From an uncultured Bdellovibrionales bacterium (GTDB taxonomy: Bacteria; Bdellovibrionota_C; UBA2361; SZUA-149; CAZDWZ01), in contig CAYOOT010000001.1 in NCBI GenBank assembly GCA_964405665.1, positions 30,046-94,045 on the forward strand: a stretch of 64,000 nucleotides of DNA, given 5' to 3'. Below, one piece after another: positions 49,252 through 58,336 of this stretch; position 1 is the stretch's first letter; every line of letters starts with the position of its first letter. The notes under the pieces were generated by a model. It saw only the letters and a program-made list of their open reading frames with translations, ran no database searches and was not told the origin of the DNA. A program made the position numbers and the translations under genes.

Positions 49252-51753
49252 TTAAAGAGCAACCACTTTCTTGCTTGCCGATTCAAAAGTAGTTGTATTT
49301 TGCTGAGAACCGCTGGCTGGCGCTGAAGAAATTCTCATTCCGTAGAAAGAACGATTAACAAAATATAAACCGGCAATAAGCATCACACCACCGACAATAG
49401 AGGTAGTTGTCTTATCGGCATGAACTGCGATTTCCAAGGCCAATAATCCAAACAAAGTTGTAAATTTAATAATCGGATTAAGTGCAACAGAAGAAGTATC
49501 TTTATAAGGATCGCCCACAGTATCTCCGACCACGGTAGCGGCATGTAGTGCTGTTCCTTTTTCTTTCAAATCAACTTCCACAACTTTCTTGGCATTGTCC
49601 CAAGCGCCACCAGCATTGGCCATGAACATTGCTTGGTAAAGTCCAAATACGGCAATTGAGATCAAGTAACTGATAAAAAATATTGGACCAAAGCAGGCAA
49701 ATGATAATGTTAAACAAAAAATTACTCCGAAAATATTTTTCATTCCGGCTTGAGCATATTGCGTGCAGATTTTTACAACTTCTTTTGAATCTTTTACAGA
49801 AGCCTTATCTGAACTCTCTAAGCGGATATTAGCCTTAATATATTCCACTGCTCGATAAGCACCCGTAGCAACAGCTTGCATCGAAGCTCCGGAAAACCAA
49901 TAAATTACCGCACCACCTGTCATTAATCCCAGCAATACATCCGGTTCCAATAAATTTAGTCCTGCTTTTACTTCAGCACCCAAAGACAAGATCATTGAAA
50001 AAATCATTGTTGTGGCACCGATTACGGCAGTGCCGATTAAAACCGGTTTTGCAGTAGCTTTAAAAGTATTTCCACCGGCATCTCCAGCTTCCAAATGTTC
50101 TTTTCCTAAAGTAAAATTTGGTTTAAAGCCGAAAGTTTTTTCAATATCAGCACTGATTCCGGGAAGTGTTTCAATTTGAGAAAGTTCAAATACTGATTGA
50201 GCATTATCAGTTACCGGTCCGTAACTATCTACGGCAATAGTAACCGGTCCCATGCTTAAGAAACCAAAAGCAATCAAACCAAAAGCAAAGACAGATGGAT
50301 AAACCATGATTACATCTAAACCGGTCATCGCGGTTTTATAACCCACTAGCATTAAGGCCACCATTGCCATACCTTTCCAGAAAGCAGAAAAATTACCTGC
50401 CACTAATCCGGAAATAATATTTAATGATGCTCCGCCTTCTTTAGAAGCATTTACTATTTCAGCAACATGCTGCGATTTAGAAGAAGTAAAGATTTTTGTA
50501 AATTCAGGAATGACTGCTCCGGCCAATGTTCCACAACTAAGGATGATCGCTATTTTCATCCAAATATCTCCCGGAAGATCGCCTAGAATCACATTAGTCA
50601 CTAGAAAGCCTGAGGCAATGGAAACAATGCAAGAAATCCAAACCAAAGAAGTTAGGGGAGCTTCAAAATCGAATTTTTCTAATTTACTGTATCTAGCTTT
50701 AGAGATAACGCCATTGATCCAATAAGATACAAATGAATTAATAATCATCATTGAGCTAATTGCAAAAATCCAAATGATTAATTTAGCTTGCAAACTGGCA
50801 GTTTGTGCAGTTGGAACAAGATTACCGTCAGCTCCCATGGTCATTCCCACGGCAGCAGCGATAAAACTAATCAAAGCAACAGCAGTGACACCATATGTTT
50901 CAAAGCCGTCAGCAGTTGGTCCAACCGAATCCCCGGCATTATCACCGGTACAATCGGCAATCACCCCTGGGTTTCTGGCATCGTCTTCTTTGATGTTAAA
51001 AACTATTTTCATTAAGTCAGCGCCGATATCGGCAATTTTTGTAAAAATGCCGCCACAAATTCTTAAAGCTGAAGCTCCTAAAGATTCTCCGATAGCAAAA
51101 CCAATAAAACACGCTCCAGCATTTTCAGGAGAAACAAATAAAAGGATACAAATAAGAAGAATCAACTCAACGCAGATTAAAAGTGTACCGATCGCCATTC
51201 CAGAACGAAGGGGAATTTCCATGACTGGATATGGTTTTCCTTTTAAAGATGCAAATGAAGTTCTGCTGTTAGCATAAGTATTGATTCTGATACCAAACCA
51301 CGAAACACCGAAGGAACCTAAAATTCCAAGAACAGACCACAAAAGAATAGTCATCACTTTTGGAGTTTCAAATCCTCTGAGGATAGAAAAATAATAAAAA
51401 ATACAAGAGCCAACCAGAAGTTCAAGGACAATTAAGAACTTCCCTTGTTGTAATAAATAGGTTTTACAGGTTTCATAAATTAATTCTGAAATTTCCAGCA
51501 TTGATTTATGTACAGGTAAAGCTTTGATTTTAACTGACTCCGAAAGGGCCAGCACTATGCCTATTGCCGCAATAAGCAATCCTGCCTTGAGGATTGTTAT
51601 TCCAGAACAAATCGTCCCGAGAATTGTAAAAGGGATATCTAAACTAGGTAACTGGATACTGCCTTCACTGGCCAAAGCAGGGTTAACAAATGCTAAGGTG
51701 GAAAAAATAAAACTCATTATAATAAAGCTCTTATGATTTTCTACTTGATTCAT
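49252..51753 (-). CDS. hppA: Membrane-bound pyrophosphatase (H+- or Na+-translocating, M-PPase)
   Basis: The catalytic blocks are GGIFTKIADIGADL, DCTGDNAGDSVGP and GGAWDNAKK...VVGDTVGDPYKDT. The protein has about 16 TM helices and is 833 aa long. Confidence 0.85.
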   Translation of the reverse strand: MNQVENHKSFIIMSFIFSTLAFVNPALASEGSIQLPSLDIPFTILGTICSGITILKAGLLIAAIGIVLALSESVKIKALPVHKSMLEISELIYETCKTYLLQQGKFLIVLELLVGSCIFYYFSILRGFETPKVMTILLWSVLGILGSFGVSWFGIRINTYANSRTSFASLKGKPYPVMEIPLRSGMAIGTLLICVELILLICILLFVSPENAGACFIGFAIGESLGASALRICGGIFTKIADIGADLMKIVFNIKEDDARNPGVIADCTGDNAGDSVGPTADGFETYGVTAVALISFIAAAVGMTMGADGNLVPTAQTASLQAKLIIWIFAISSMMIINSFVSYWINGVISKARYSKLEKFDFEAPLTSLVWISCIVSIASGFLVTNVILGDLPGDIWMKIAIILSCGTLAGAVIPEFTKIFTSSKSQHVAEIVNASKEGGASLNIISGLVAGNFSAFWKGMAMVALMLVGYKTAMTGLDVIMVYPSVFAFGLIAFGFLSMGPVTIAVDSYGPVTDNAQSVFELSQIETLPGISADIEKTFGFKPNFTLGKEHLEAGDAGGNTFKATAKPVLIGTAVIGATTMIFSMILSLGAEVKAGLNLLEPDVLLGLMTGGAVIYWFSGASMQAVATGAYRAVEYIKANIRLESSDKASVKDSKEVVKICTQYAQAGMKNIFGVIFCLTLSFACFGPIFFISYLISIAVFGLYQAMFMANAGGAWDNAKKVVEVDLKEKGTALHAATVVGDTVGDPYKDTSSVALNPIIKFTTLFGLLALEIAVHADKTTTSIVGGVMLIAGLYFVNRSFYGMRISSAPASGSQQNTTTFESASKKVVAL

Positions 51754-52027
51754 ATTCTTTGATTCCTAAATTATCTAAACTAAAAATTACTTGGTCTTGA
51801 TATAGAAAAATTTACCTTACGTAAAGGGGCAAATAGCCAAAATAATTAAGCTGAGTTTTTTGTTGCATGGTAAGTGCTCAGAATTAAACATTATTTTCTT
51901 ATATCCAAATCAAATATTTTTATATAATTAAATCTAAATAATATTGTGTTTTTACAATAAGTTAGTGTTAAATTGTTGCTTGTATGGCATGCCAAGCGGC
52001 TTTCCTAATAGTTAAGTACTTGCTATA

Positions 52028-52327
52028 TTGGCCGACATAAAATATACACAATCCATATTGGAGGGTGATCAATCTAAATATTATATGAAAAATTCAACTG
52101 AATTTAAAACATTAGACAAACTAAGCATTGGTCAAAATGCTACAGTATTAGAAGTTAGCTGTAATAATTCTGAATTAAGACAAAAGCTTCTATCTTTGGG
52201 AGTTGTAAAAAACACTGTAATTAAAGTTTTAAAAATATCTCCTTTAGGAGATCCGATTAGTATTTTGATTCGTGGTTTTGAACTTGCCCTAAGAAAATCG
52301 GAAGCGCGGGCAATTAAACTCTCCTAA
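52028..52327 (+). CDS. feoA: Ferrous iron transport protein A
   Basis: It has an SH3-like FeoA domain (LSIGQNATVLEV...GDPISILIRGFELALRKSEA). The track start is TTG, and the ATG at about 52085 is the more likely start. Confidence 0.7.
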   Translation: MADIKYTQSILEGDQSKYYMKNSTEFKTLDKLSIGQNATVLEVSCNNSELRQKLLSLGVVKNTVIKVLKISPLGDPISILIRGFELALRKSEARAIKLS

Positions 52328-52333
52328 AATTCT

Positions 52334-54265
52334 TTGAAAAATCAATCTAGCAATCTAAGCGATCAAAAACAACTCTCCGTTGCTCTTGCCGGAAATCCTA
52401 ACTGCGGGAAAACTACTCTTTTTAATGCTCTTACTGGTCTAAAATATAAAGTTGCAAATTATCCCGGAGTTACCGTTGAGAAAAAAAAGGGGAAGCTCTG
52501 TCTCTTGGAATTCCATGACGTGGTACTGCTCGATCTTCCCGGAATTTATAGTCTAGTCGGAACTTCAATTGATGAAAAAATTGCTACTGCTATTTTGCAA
52601 GGAGAACTAAAAGTTGAAGCAGTTCCCGATTGTATTGTCGCAGTAATCGATTCCTCCAATTTGGAGCGTAATTTATATCTGGCGACACAATTAATTGACC
52701 TGGGATTGCCTTTAATTATTGCCTTAAATATGCTTGATATCGCTGAAAAAAAAGGCTTTGTTATTCATGGCGAAATTCTCTCCAAACTTCTGGATGTCCC
52801 TGTAATTTCCATTATTGCCAATAAAGCAAAAGGTTTGGATCTGTTAAAAGCTGAAATCAGTAAAACTTTAAAACAAAAAAAAATCTCAACAAAAAGTTTT
52901 GAATGGCGAAAATATATTTCTCCCGCAGAAGAAAAAGAAGATCCATATGGCTGCGAAGCCACTGCCCGCTATCAATTAATTAATGAAATAATAAAAAAAT
53001 GCTGTTTCCATAAAAAAATTGAAGGAAAAACTTTTGAAGAAACTTTTGATAAAATTGCCACCCATAAAACTTGGGGAACTCTTTTATTTCTCTGCATTAT
53101 GGGCTTTTTCTTTCAGGCAATTTATCTTTGGGCAGAAATTCCAATGAATATTATTAATGCAGCCATTGATCTGCTTAGCAAAAAAGTAAGCGCTGCAATG
53201 CCTCATGGGCAACTGGAGAGCCTAATAGTTGATGGGATGATTGCCGGGGTAGGAAACGTCATTATTTTCATTCCACAAATTGCAATCCTTTTCTTTTTCT
53301 TGGGGATTTTGGAAGATTCCGGTTATCTGGCTCGTGCGGCATTTTTAATGGACCGCTTAATGAGACCTTTTGGTTTGCAAGGAAGATCTTTTATTCCCCT
53401 TTTAAATTCTTTTGCTTGTGCCATCCCCGGAATTCTTTCTTCTCGGAGTATCCCTTCTAGAACAGATCGCCTGGCAACGATTCTTGTCGCACCTCTAATG
53501 AGTTGCAGCGCCAGACTTCCGGTATACACAGTATTAATAGCAGCTTTTATTCCCAATCAACTACTCTATGGTTTTATTTCTTTGCAAGGTCTGACAATGC
53601 TTTCGATGTATCTCTTAGGAATAATTGGAGCCGCAGTCGTTGCTTGGCTTTTAAAATTAAGTGTCCTTCGAGGAAAACCGGCAATTTTTTTAATGGAACT
53701 GCCCACAATGCACTTTCCTGCTTTTAAAAATATTCTAAGAGAAGTTTTTGATAGTGTAATCACTTTTCTTAAATCCGCAGGAACTGTAATTCTTGCTTGT
53801 TCCGTTGTCCTCTGGGCAATGGCGAGCTATCCCAAAGCTCCGCCCAATTATAATGATAATCCGGTAAAATACAGTATTGCTGGAAGAATTGGGCTGGCGA
53901 TGGAACCGGCAATCAAACCTCTTGGTTATAATTGGGAAATTGGCGTAGGCATTCTCGCCTCTTTTGCCGCCAGAGAAGTTTTTATTTCATCCCTTTCGAC
54001 AGTTTACAACTTAGCTTCCACCGATGATGACAATACAACCTTAATTGAAACATTAAAACAAAAAAATGAAGAAGGAACTTTTAGCACCGCCTCTGCTATT
54101 TCTTTGATGATCTTTTATGTCTTTGCCTGTCAATGTATGTCCACCCTTGCTGTGTGTAAAAAAGAAACCGGCTCTTGGGGTTGGACGGCTTTCATGTTTT
54201 TTTATATGACCGGTTTGGCTTATGTCTGTTCTTTTATTTTCTATCAAACTGCAATAAAGTTATGA
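52334..54265 (+). CDS. feoB: Ferrous iron transport protein B
   Basis: An N-terminal G-domain (GNPNCGKTTLFNALTG, DLPG) precedes the polytopic gate/permease domain. Confidence 0.9.
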   Translation: MKNQSSNLSDQKQLSVALAGNPNCGKTTLFNALTGLKYKVANYPGVTVEKKKGKLCLLEFHDVVLLDLPGIYSLVGTSIDEKIATAILQGELKVEAVPDCIVAVIDSSNLERNLYLATQLIDLGLPLIIALNMLDIAEKKGFVIHGEILSKLLDVPVISIIANKAKGLDLLKAEISKTLKQKKISTKSFEWRKYISPAEEKEDPYGCEATARYQLINEIIKKCCFHKKIEGKTFEETFDKIATHKTWGTLLFLCIMGFFFQAIYLWAEIPMNIINAAIDLLSKKVSAAMPHGQLESLIVDGMIAGVGNVIIFIPQIAILFFFLGILEDSGYLARAAFLMDRLMRPFGLQGRSFIPLLNSFACAIPGILSSRSIPSRTDRLATILVAPLMSCSARLPVYTVLIAAFIPNQLLYGFISLQGLTMLSMYLLGIIGAAVVAWLLKLSVLRGKPAIFLMELPTMHFPAFKNILREVFDSVITFLKSAGTVILACSVVLWAMASYPKAPPNYNDNPVKYSIAGRIGLAMEPAIKPLGYNWEIGVGILASFAAREVFISSLSTVYNLASTDDDNTTLIETLKQKNEEGTFSTASAISLMIFYVFACQCMSTLAVCKKETGSWGWTAFMFFYMTGLAYVCSFIFYQTAIKL

Positions 54266-54396
54266 TTGAAAATTTAATAGTAATATTTTTAGTATTGCTT
54301 GCCTTAATTTTCTTAATCAAGAAGTTTAAAAGTTCTGATTCCAAATCTTGTTCCAAATGTGGCTGCAATAATCAAGCAGATAAAAAAAATAGCTAA
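54262..54396 (+). CDS. Small FeoB-associated Cys-rich membrane peptide (44 aa)
   Basis: Its ATG overlaps the feoB stop as ATGA. It has one TM helix (IVIFLVLLALIFLI) followed by CSKCGC. Confidence 0.5.
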   Translation: MIENLIVIFLVLLALIFLIKKFKSSDSKSCSKCGCNNQADKKNS

Positions 54397-54598
54397 TAAG
54401 CGAACGGACGCTCTAAGATATTATCTTGTTCCCCCGCTACTTGCTTAACGGCAATGGGGGAATTAAAGTAACGATCGACTTCCGGGGTTTGAATATATTG
54501 ATACTTGTCGGTAGCTTTTTCTTCTTTAATTTTATTTCTGAAAATTTCTCCAGGACCTCACTCTGAAAAGCTCGGAATTTTCGTTTACCAATTAAACT

Positions 54599-54973
54599 TT
54601 AATTGGTTCCCAGACGCAAACCGCACCAGACTGCCAGTAGACCAACCACTACACTTATTAGCGCATTCGCAATCGCTAAAGCAAGATGCCCGGAACGGAA
54701 TAAATTTAAAGTCTCTAACCCAAAAGCCGAAAATGTTGTAAACCCACCAAGAAAACCGGTGATTAACAAAAGTCTAATTTCGGCATTGTAAAATGTGATC
54801 CGTTCCAAAAACGCAGCGATAATTCCGATTAACAGACAACCCACAATATTCACAGTAAAAGTAGCCCAAGGAAAGCGGGCATCCGGTAAATTCTGTAAAA
54901 ACATCGTTCCTGTTTTAAATCTCAAGACAGAGCCGATAAAACCGCCTATTCCGACAATTAACATTTCCTTCAT
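54599..54973 (-). CDS. crcB: Fluoride ion channel CrcB/Fluc
   Basis: It has GGFIGSVLRF...GFLGGFTTFSAF and four TM helices, and is 124 aa long. Confidence 0.85.
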   Translation of the reverse strand: MKEMLIVGIGGFIGSVLRFKTGTMFLQNLPDARFPWATFTVNIVGCLLIGIIAAFLERITFYNAEIRLLLITGFLGGFTTFSAFGLETLNLFRSGHLALAIANALISVVVGLLAVWCGLRLGTN

Positions 54974-55101
54974 TGAGCTTCCTGTGAACTGATATGCTTA
55001 ATTGAAATAACCTCAATTCTCTCACCTACTATTTGCTTAATAAAAAGTTTCGCATCATTCTAAGAGTTGATCAACTACAATTTTAAACCACATTTAATCT
55101 T

Positions 55102-56253
55102 CTATTCACTAACTTCAAAACGATCTTCCTTAAAAGTTTTCACTATTACAGGAAATTCGGTGACCCCATTGGAACTAAGAGTAAATTTTCCGGTAATTCC
55201 CTCTAAGTTCTGAGGGCTATGTAAAAAAGTATTAATTTCACCTTTCTTCACCGCGGCAAGTAAAACAGGTATCAGATCATAAGCATAGAGCGCTTCGAAT
55301 GTAGTATCTTCATTAAACCGCAATTGATAATCTCGGAGAAAGCTATCTGCAGATCGAGAATCACCACTGACAGCCCAAGCACCTGTTAAAGCGCCTTGAG
55401 CAGATTTCAATTCAGAAAGATTTGCCACTTGCAGAGTTGTGATTAATTGTCCCCGATAGCCAATACTCCTTAACTGTCGAGCGAAAGTAGATCCTTGTGG
55501 TGGAATCATGGAAATAAATACTGCCTGAGGATTAAGTTTTCGTATTTTTGTGGCAATAGTTCTAAGATCCAATTCCGCGGGAAGCACTTCCTCTTCCAAT
55601 AAAATATTAGTTACTGCCGCATCACGCAAATGCTTTAGCTGCAGTACACAGGCATCTTGTTGAGTAGCGACAACCGCAATACTGGAATAGCCTCGCTTTT
55701 TTATTTCTTCGGCGCTGCGTTTCATTAGAGAAGTAGTAGAGGGCAAAAAGGTTGTGACGTAATCTCGCCTGGCCGCTAATGTTTCGACAACAGAAAGTGA
55801 AATTAAAGGTAGTTGAGCAGCTTTAATAATATCCAGAACAGCATTGCCTTGATTAGCTCCAAAAACAACTAGCAGATCCACCTTTTGAGAAACTATCAAT
55901 TTTTGTACAGCGGAAACAGTATTTTTTGCTTGAAAACCGTCATCCTCAAAAATCAATTCTAAGAGATTTTCTTTGTCGAATTTCTCCTTGGCCAAGAGCA
56001 TCGCATTTTTCATGGAATTACCTTGAAAACCAACGGGGCCGCTCAAAGCCAAGACAATTCCAATTTTTTTTTGAGGTGCTGCTAAACAATATTTACAAAA
56101 AAAGGACTGGAACAAAAGGACAAGTAGAAACGTTACAAATAAGGATTGTAGTTTCATCGTGCAATGCTCACGAATTAGGTTCAACGACAACAGCAGTTCC
56201 ATAACAAAGCACTTCTGCCGCACCGACCATCGGTCCTGTATCATATCGGACAC
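55102..56253 (-). CDS. ABC transporter periplasmic substrate-binding protein (type-I PBP, Liv-like)
   Basis: It has the LivJ/LivK-like fold. The likely true start is the internal Met MKLQSLFVTFLLVLLF (signal peptide) near 56155, which would remove the overlap with the next gene. Confidence 0.6.
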   Translation of the reverse strand: MSDMIQDRWSVRQKCFVMELLLSLNLIREHCTMKLQSLFVTFLLVLLFQSFFCKYCLAAPQKKIGIVLALSGPVGFQGNSMKNAMLLAKEKFDKENLLELIFEDDGFQAKNTVSAVQKLIVSQKVDLLVVFGANQGNAVLDIIKAAQLPLISLSVVETLAARRDYVTTFLPSTTSLMKRSAEEIKKRGYSSIAVVATQQDACVLQLKHLRDAAVTNILLEEEVLPAELDLRTIATKIRKLNPQAVFISMIPPQGSTFARQLRSIGYRGQLITTLQVANLSELKSAQGALTGAWAVSGDSRSADSFLRDYQLRFNEDTTFEALYAYDLIPVLLAAVKKGEINTFLHSPQNLEGITGKFTLSSNGVTEFPVIVKTFKEDRFEVSE

Positions 56254-56521
56254 CGACTATAGCGTTAGCTCCAATCTTCTGAGCATGCTTGATCATTAAT
56301 TGAAAAGCTTCTTCTCTTGTTTGATCACAGAGTTCTGAAAAAATCCCGGCTCGTCCTCCCAACAAAGTCCGCAAACTTCCGACAATTGTCAGCGGCAAAG
56401 ATCTGGTTCTTACGGTAATCCCCCGAACTAATCCCATTGTCTTAACTATTCTATATTGGGCGATATCGAAAGTAGTTGAAATCATCATATAATTATAACC
56501 AATCGGGAAGATCTTTTGCAA
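56168..56521 (-). CDS. YbjQ/UPF0145-family protein
   Basis: The sequence ISTTFDIAQYRIVKTMGLVRGITVRTRS...IVGVRYDT is typical of the DUF74/YbjQ family. It overlaps the hemB 3' end. Confidence 0.6.
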   Translation of the reverse strand: MQKIFPIGYNYMMISTTFDIAQYRIVKTMGLVRGITVRTRSLPLTIVGSLRTLLGGRAGIFSELCDQTREEAFQLMIKHAQKIGANAIVGVRYDTGPMVGAAEVLCYGTAVVVEPNS

Positions 56522-57494
56522 AATAACTGATAATAAAATCTGCTCCTGCTCTTTTTATCGCATAAAGACTTTCCAAAGCCGCTAATTTTAAATCGATAAA
56601 ACCTTTTTCCGCTCCGGCATGAAGTAAACTATACTCACCGCTGACATGATAAGCCCCTACCGGAAGTGTAGTCATTTGAGAAACCTTGCTGATGATATCC
56701 AAATACAAAGTTGCCGGTTTTACCATCAACATATCTGCGCCTTCTTCAATATCCAGAAGTGTTTCGGTTTCCCATTCTTTGGTTCTTCGAAAATCCATTT
56801 GATAAGCTTGGCGATTGCCAAACTGCGGAGCGCCTTCTGCTGCTTCTCGAAATGGTCCATAGAATGAAGAAGCAAATTTTGTGGAATAACTCATGATCGA
56901 AGTATTTTTAAAACCTTCATAATCTAAAGTATGCCTTACTGCCTTAACCATACCATCAAACATACAAGAAGGAGCCACAATATCAGCTCCATTTCTGGCA
57001 AGAACCGCCGCTTGCCTTGCTATTTGTTCGATTGCTTGATCATTATCCACTGTTTCATCGGGATCGGAACTTAAGGGTCCGCAATGGCCGTGATCGGTAT
57101 ATTCACATGAACATAAATCTGTTACCAAAAGAGCTTTTGTTCCCTTTTCTTTTAAAGCTCTTATTGTCGTATTAACCGGATTATGATCATCAAGAGCAAT
57201 ACTGCCGCTAGCATCTTTTGAAGACTTTTCTACAATTCCAAAAAAAAGAAAATTAACTATCCCTCGATCGACAAGAGAGTCGACATAATTTATGGCCAAA
57301 TCCGGAGATAACTGGGAAATTCCCGGCATTGAAGAAATTGCTTTTGTTGCTTTTTCCCCCGTGCGCACAAATACTGGCATTACAAAATCTTTTGGATTTA
57401 AAGAGATATCGGAAACAAAATTTCTAACGAGTTCCCCTTTTCTTAATCTTCGAGGACGAATATTGGGATAAGGAAAATTATTTTTGATATTCAT
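56493..57494 (-). CDS. hemB: Porphobilinogen synthase (delta-aminolevulinic acid dehydratase)
   Basis: It has PRRLRK, the active-site MVKPA and other conserved HemB blocks, and is 333 aa long. Confidence 0.9.
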   Translation of the reverse strand: MNIKNNFPYPNIRPRRLRKGELVRNFVSDISLNPKDFVMPVFVRTGEKATKAISSMPGISQLSPDLAINYVDSLVDRGIVNFLFFGIVEKSSKDASGSIALDDHNPVNTTIRALKEKGTKALLVTDLCSCEYTDHGHCGPLSSDPDETVDNDQAIEQIARQAAVLARNGADIVAPSCMFDGMVKAVRHTLDYEGFKNTSIMSYSTKFASSFYGPFREAAEGAPQFGNRQAYQMDFRRTKEWETETLLDIEEGADMLMVKPATLYLDIISKVSQMTTLPVGAYHVSGEYSLLHAGAEKGFIDLKLAALESLYAIKRAGADFIISYFAKDLPDWL

Positions 57495-57548
57495 ATATTT
57501 TTCTATAAGTTATGTCCGCAGTAACGGACATAACTTATAGAAAAATAC
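57495..57548. repeat. Palindromic repeat family B copy (stem of about 23 bp) in the divergent hemB/apt promoter region
   Basis: ATATTTTTCTATAAGTTATGTCCG-CAGTAA-CGGACATAACTTATAGAAAAATA abuts the hemB start codon. Confidence 0.7.
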
Positions 57549-57639
57549 AATAGCAGCAAGAATAAATCAAATTTATGAAGGTTTAATATTCATAGAGTTA
57601 AATAGTGACTTTTAATGCCTTGTCTGCTAGAGACGAGCT

Positions 57640-58188
57640 ATGAAAAAAGAAGAAAATACGATTATTAATTCCTTTAAAAACTCGATTCGGGATATCCCCG
57701 ATTTTCCAAAGAGCGGAATTATCTTTAAGGACATCACGCCTGTTTTAGCCAATCCCACACTGTGTAAAGAAATCACAAAAATCCTTGTTGCAGAAGCTCT
57801 TAAATTAAAGGTCAATGCTGTAGCAGCAATAGAAAGCCGAGGATTTCTTTTTGGAATGTTAGTTGCTCAACAACTAAATGTTCCATTTGTTCCAGTAAGA
57901 AAAAAAGGCAAGCTCCCCTATAAAACTCACACTCAATCCTATAGTCTGGAATATGGTTCTGCAGAAGTAGAAATTCACATTGATGCCCTTAAACCAAATT
58001 CCAATGTTTTAATTCATGATGATTTGCTTGCTACCGGCGGCACAGCTTCTGCCACAGCTGAATTAATAAAAAAATCAAAGGCGACAATAGCGGGATTTTC
58101 GTTTTTGATTAATTTGGATTTTTTAAAAGGTAAAGAAGCGCTTAAAAAATATTCAAATAACTTTTTTTCTTTGGTTGATTACGTTTAG
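57640..58188 (+). CDS. apt: Adenine phosphoribosyltransferase
   Basis: The PRTase motif is VLIHDDLLATGGTASA, with an Apt-like N-terminus (DFPKSGIIFKDITP). Confidence 0.85.
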   Translation: MKKEENTIINSFKNSIRDIPDFPKSGIIFKDITPVLANPTLCKEITKILVAEALKLKVNAVAAIESRGFLFGMLVAQQLNVPFVPVRKKGKLPYKTHTQSYSLEYGSAEVEIHIDALKPNSNVLIHDDLLATGGTASATAELIKKSKATIAGFSFLINLDFLKGKEALKKYSNNFFSLVDYV

Positions 58189-58204
58189 GCTACTCTTCAT
58201 TATT

Positions 58205-58325
58205 ATTCGAAGAGCAGACATCAGAATTCAGAGGTCGGAATTCTGAAATCGGATATCAGATGTCAGACATCGGAGGTCAGAATTCTGATGTCCGATATCG
58301 GACATCAGAGATCGGAGATCAGAAA
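58205..58325. repeat. Cluster of degenerate 12-14-bp ATCGGAnATCAGA-type repeats with embedded palindromes, between convergent genes
   Basis: Reiterated units include CATCAGAATTC / GAATTCTGATG, ATCGGATATCAGA, CGATATCGGACATCAGA and GATCGGAGATCAGA. Confidence 0.6.
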
Positions 58326-58336
58326 ACAACCCCCCA

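Noticed and set aside
54397-54520. Possible terminator hairpin TTCCCCCGC...GCAATGGGGGAA after the feoB-associated peptide
   Set aside because: The stem is short (7 bp), the loop is about 19 nt and there is no T-tract. The evidence is too weak to annotate.
54974-55100. Possible fluoride riboswitch (crcB motif) upstream of crcB
   Set aside because: The 5' leader read on the minus strand lacks the conserved GGCGAUGG...CUCCUAC-type pseudoknot elements. I saw only a GAUGCG fragment and cannot support a riboswitch call.
56168-56253. Apparent 86-bp overlap between the substrate-binding protein ORF and the ybjQ-like ORF
   Set aside because: It is most likely an artefact of the longest-ORF start. 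An internal Met with a signal peptide (MKLQSLFVTF...) gives a non-overlapping gene.
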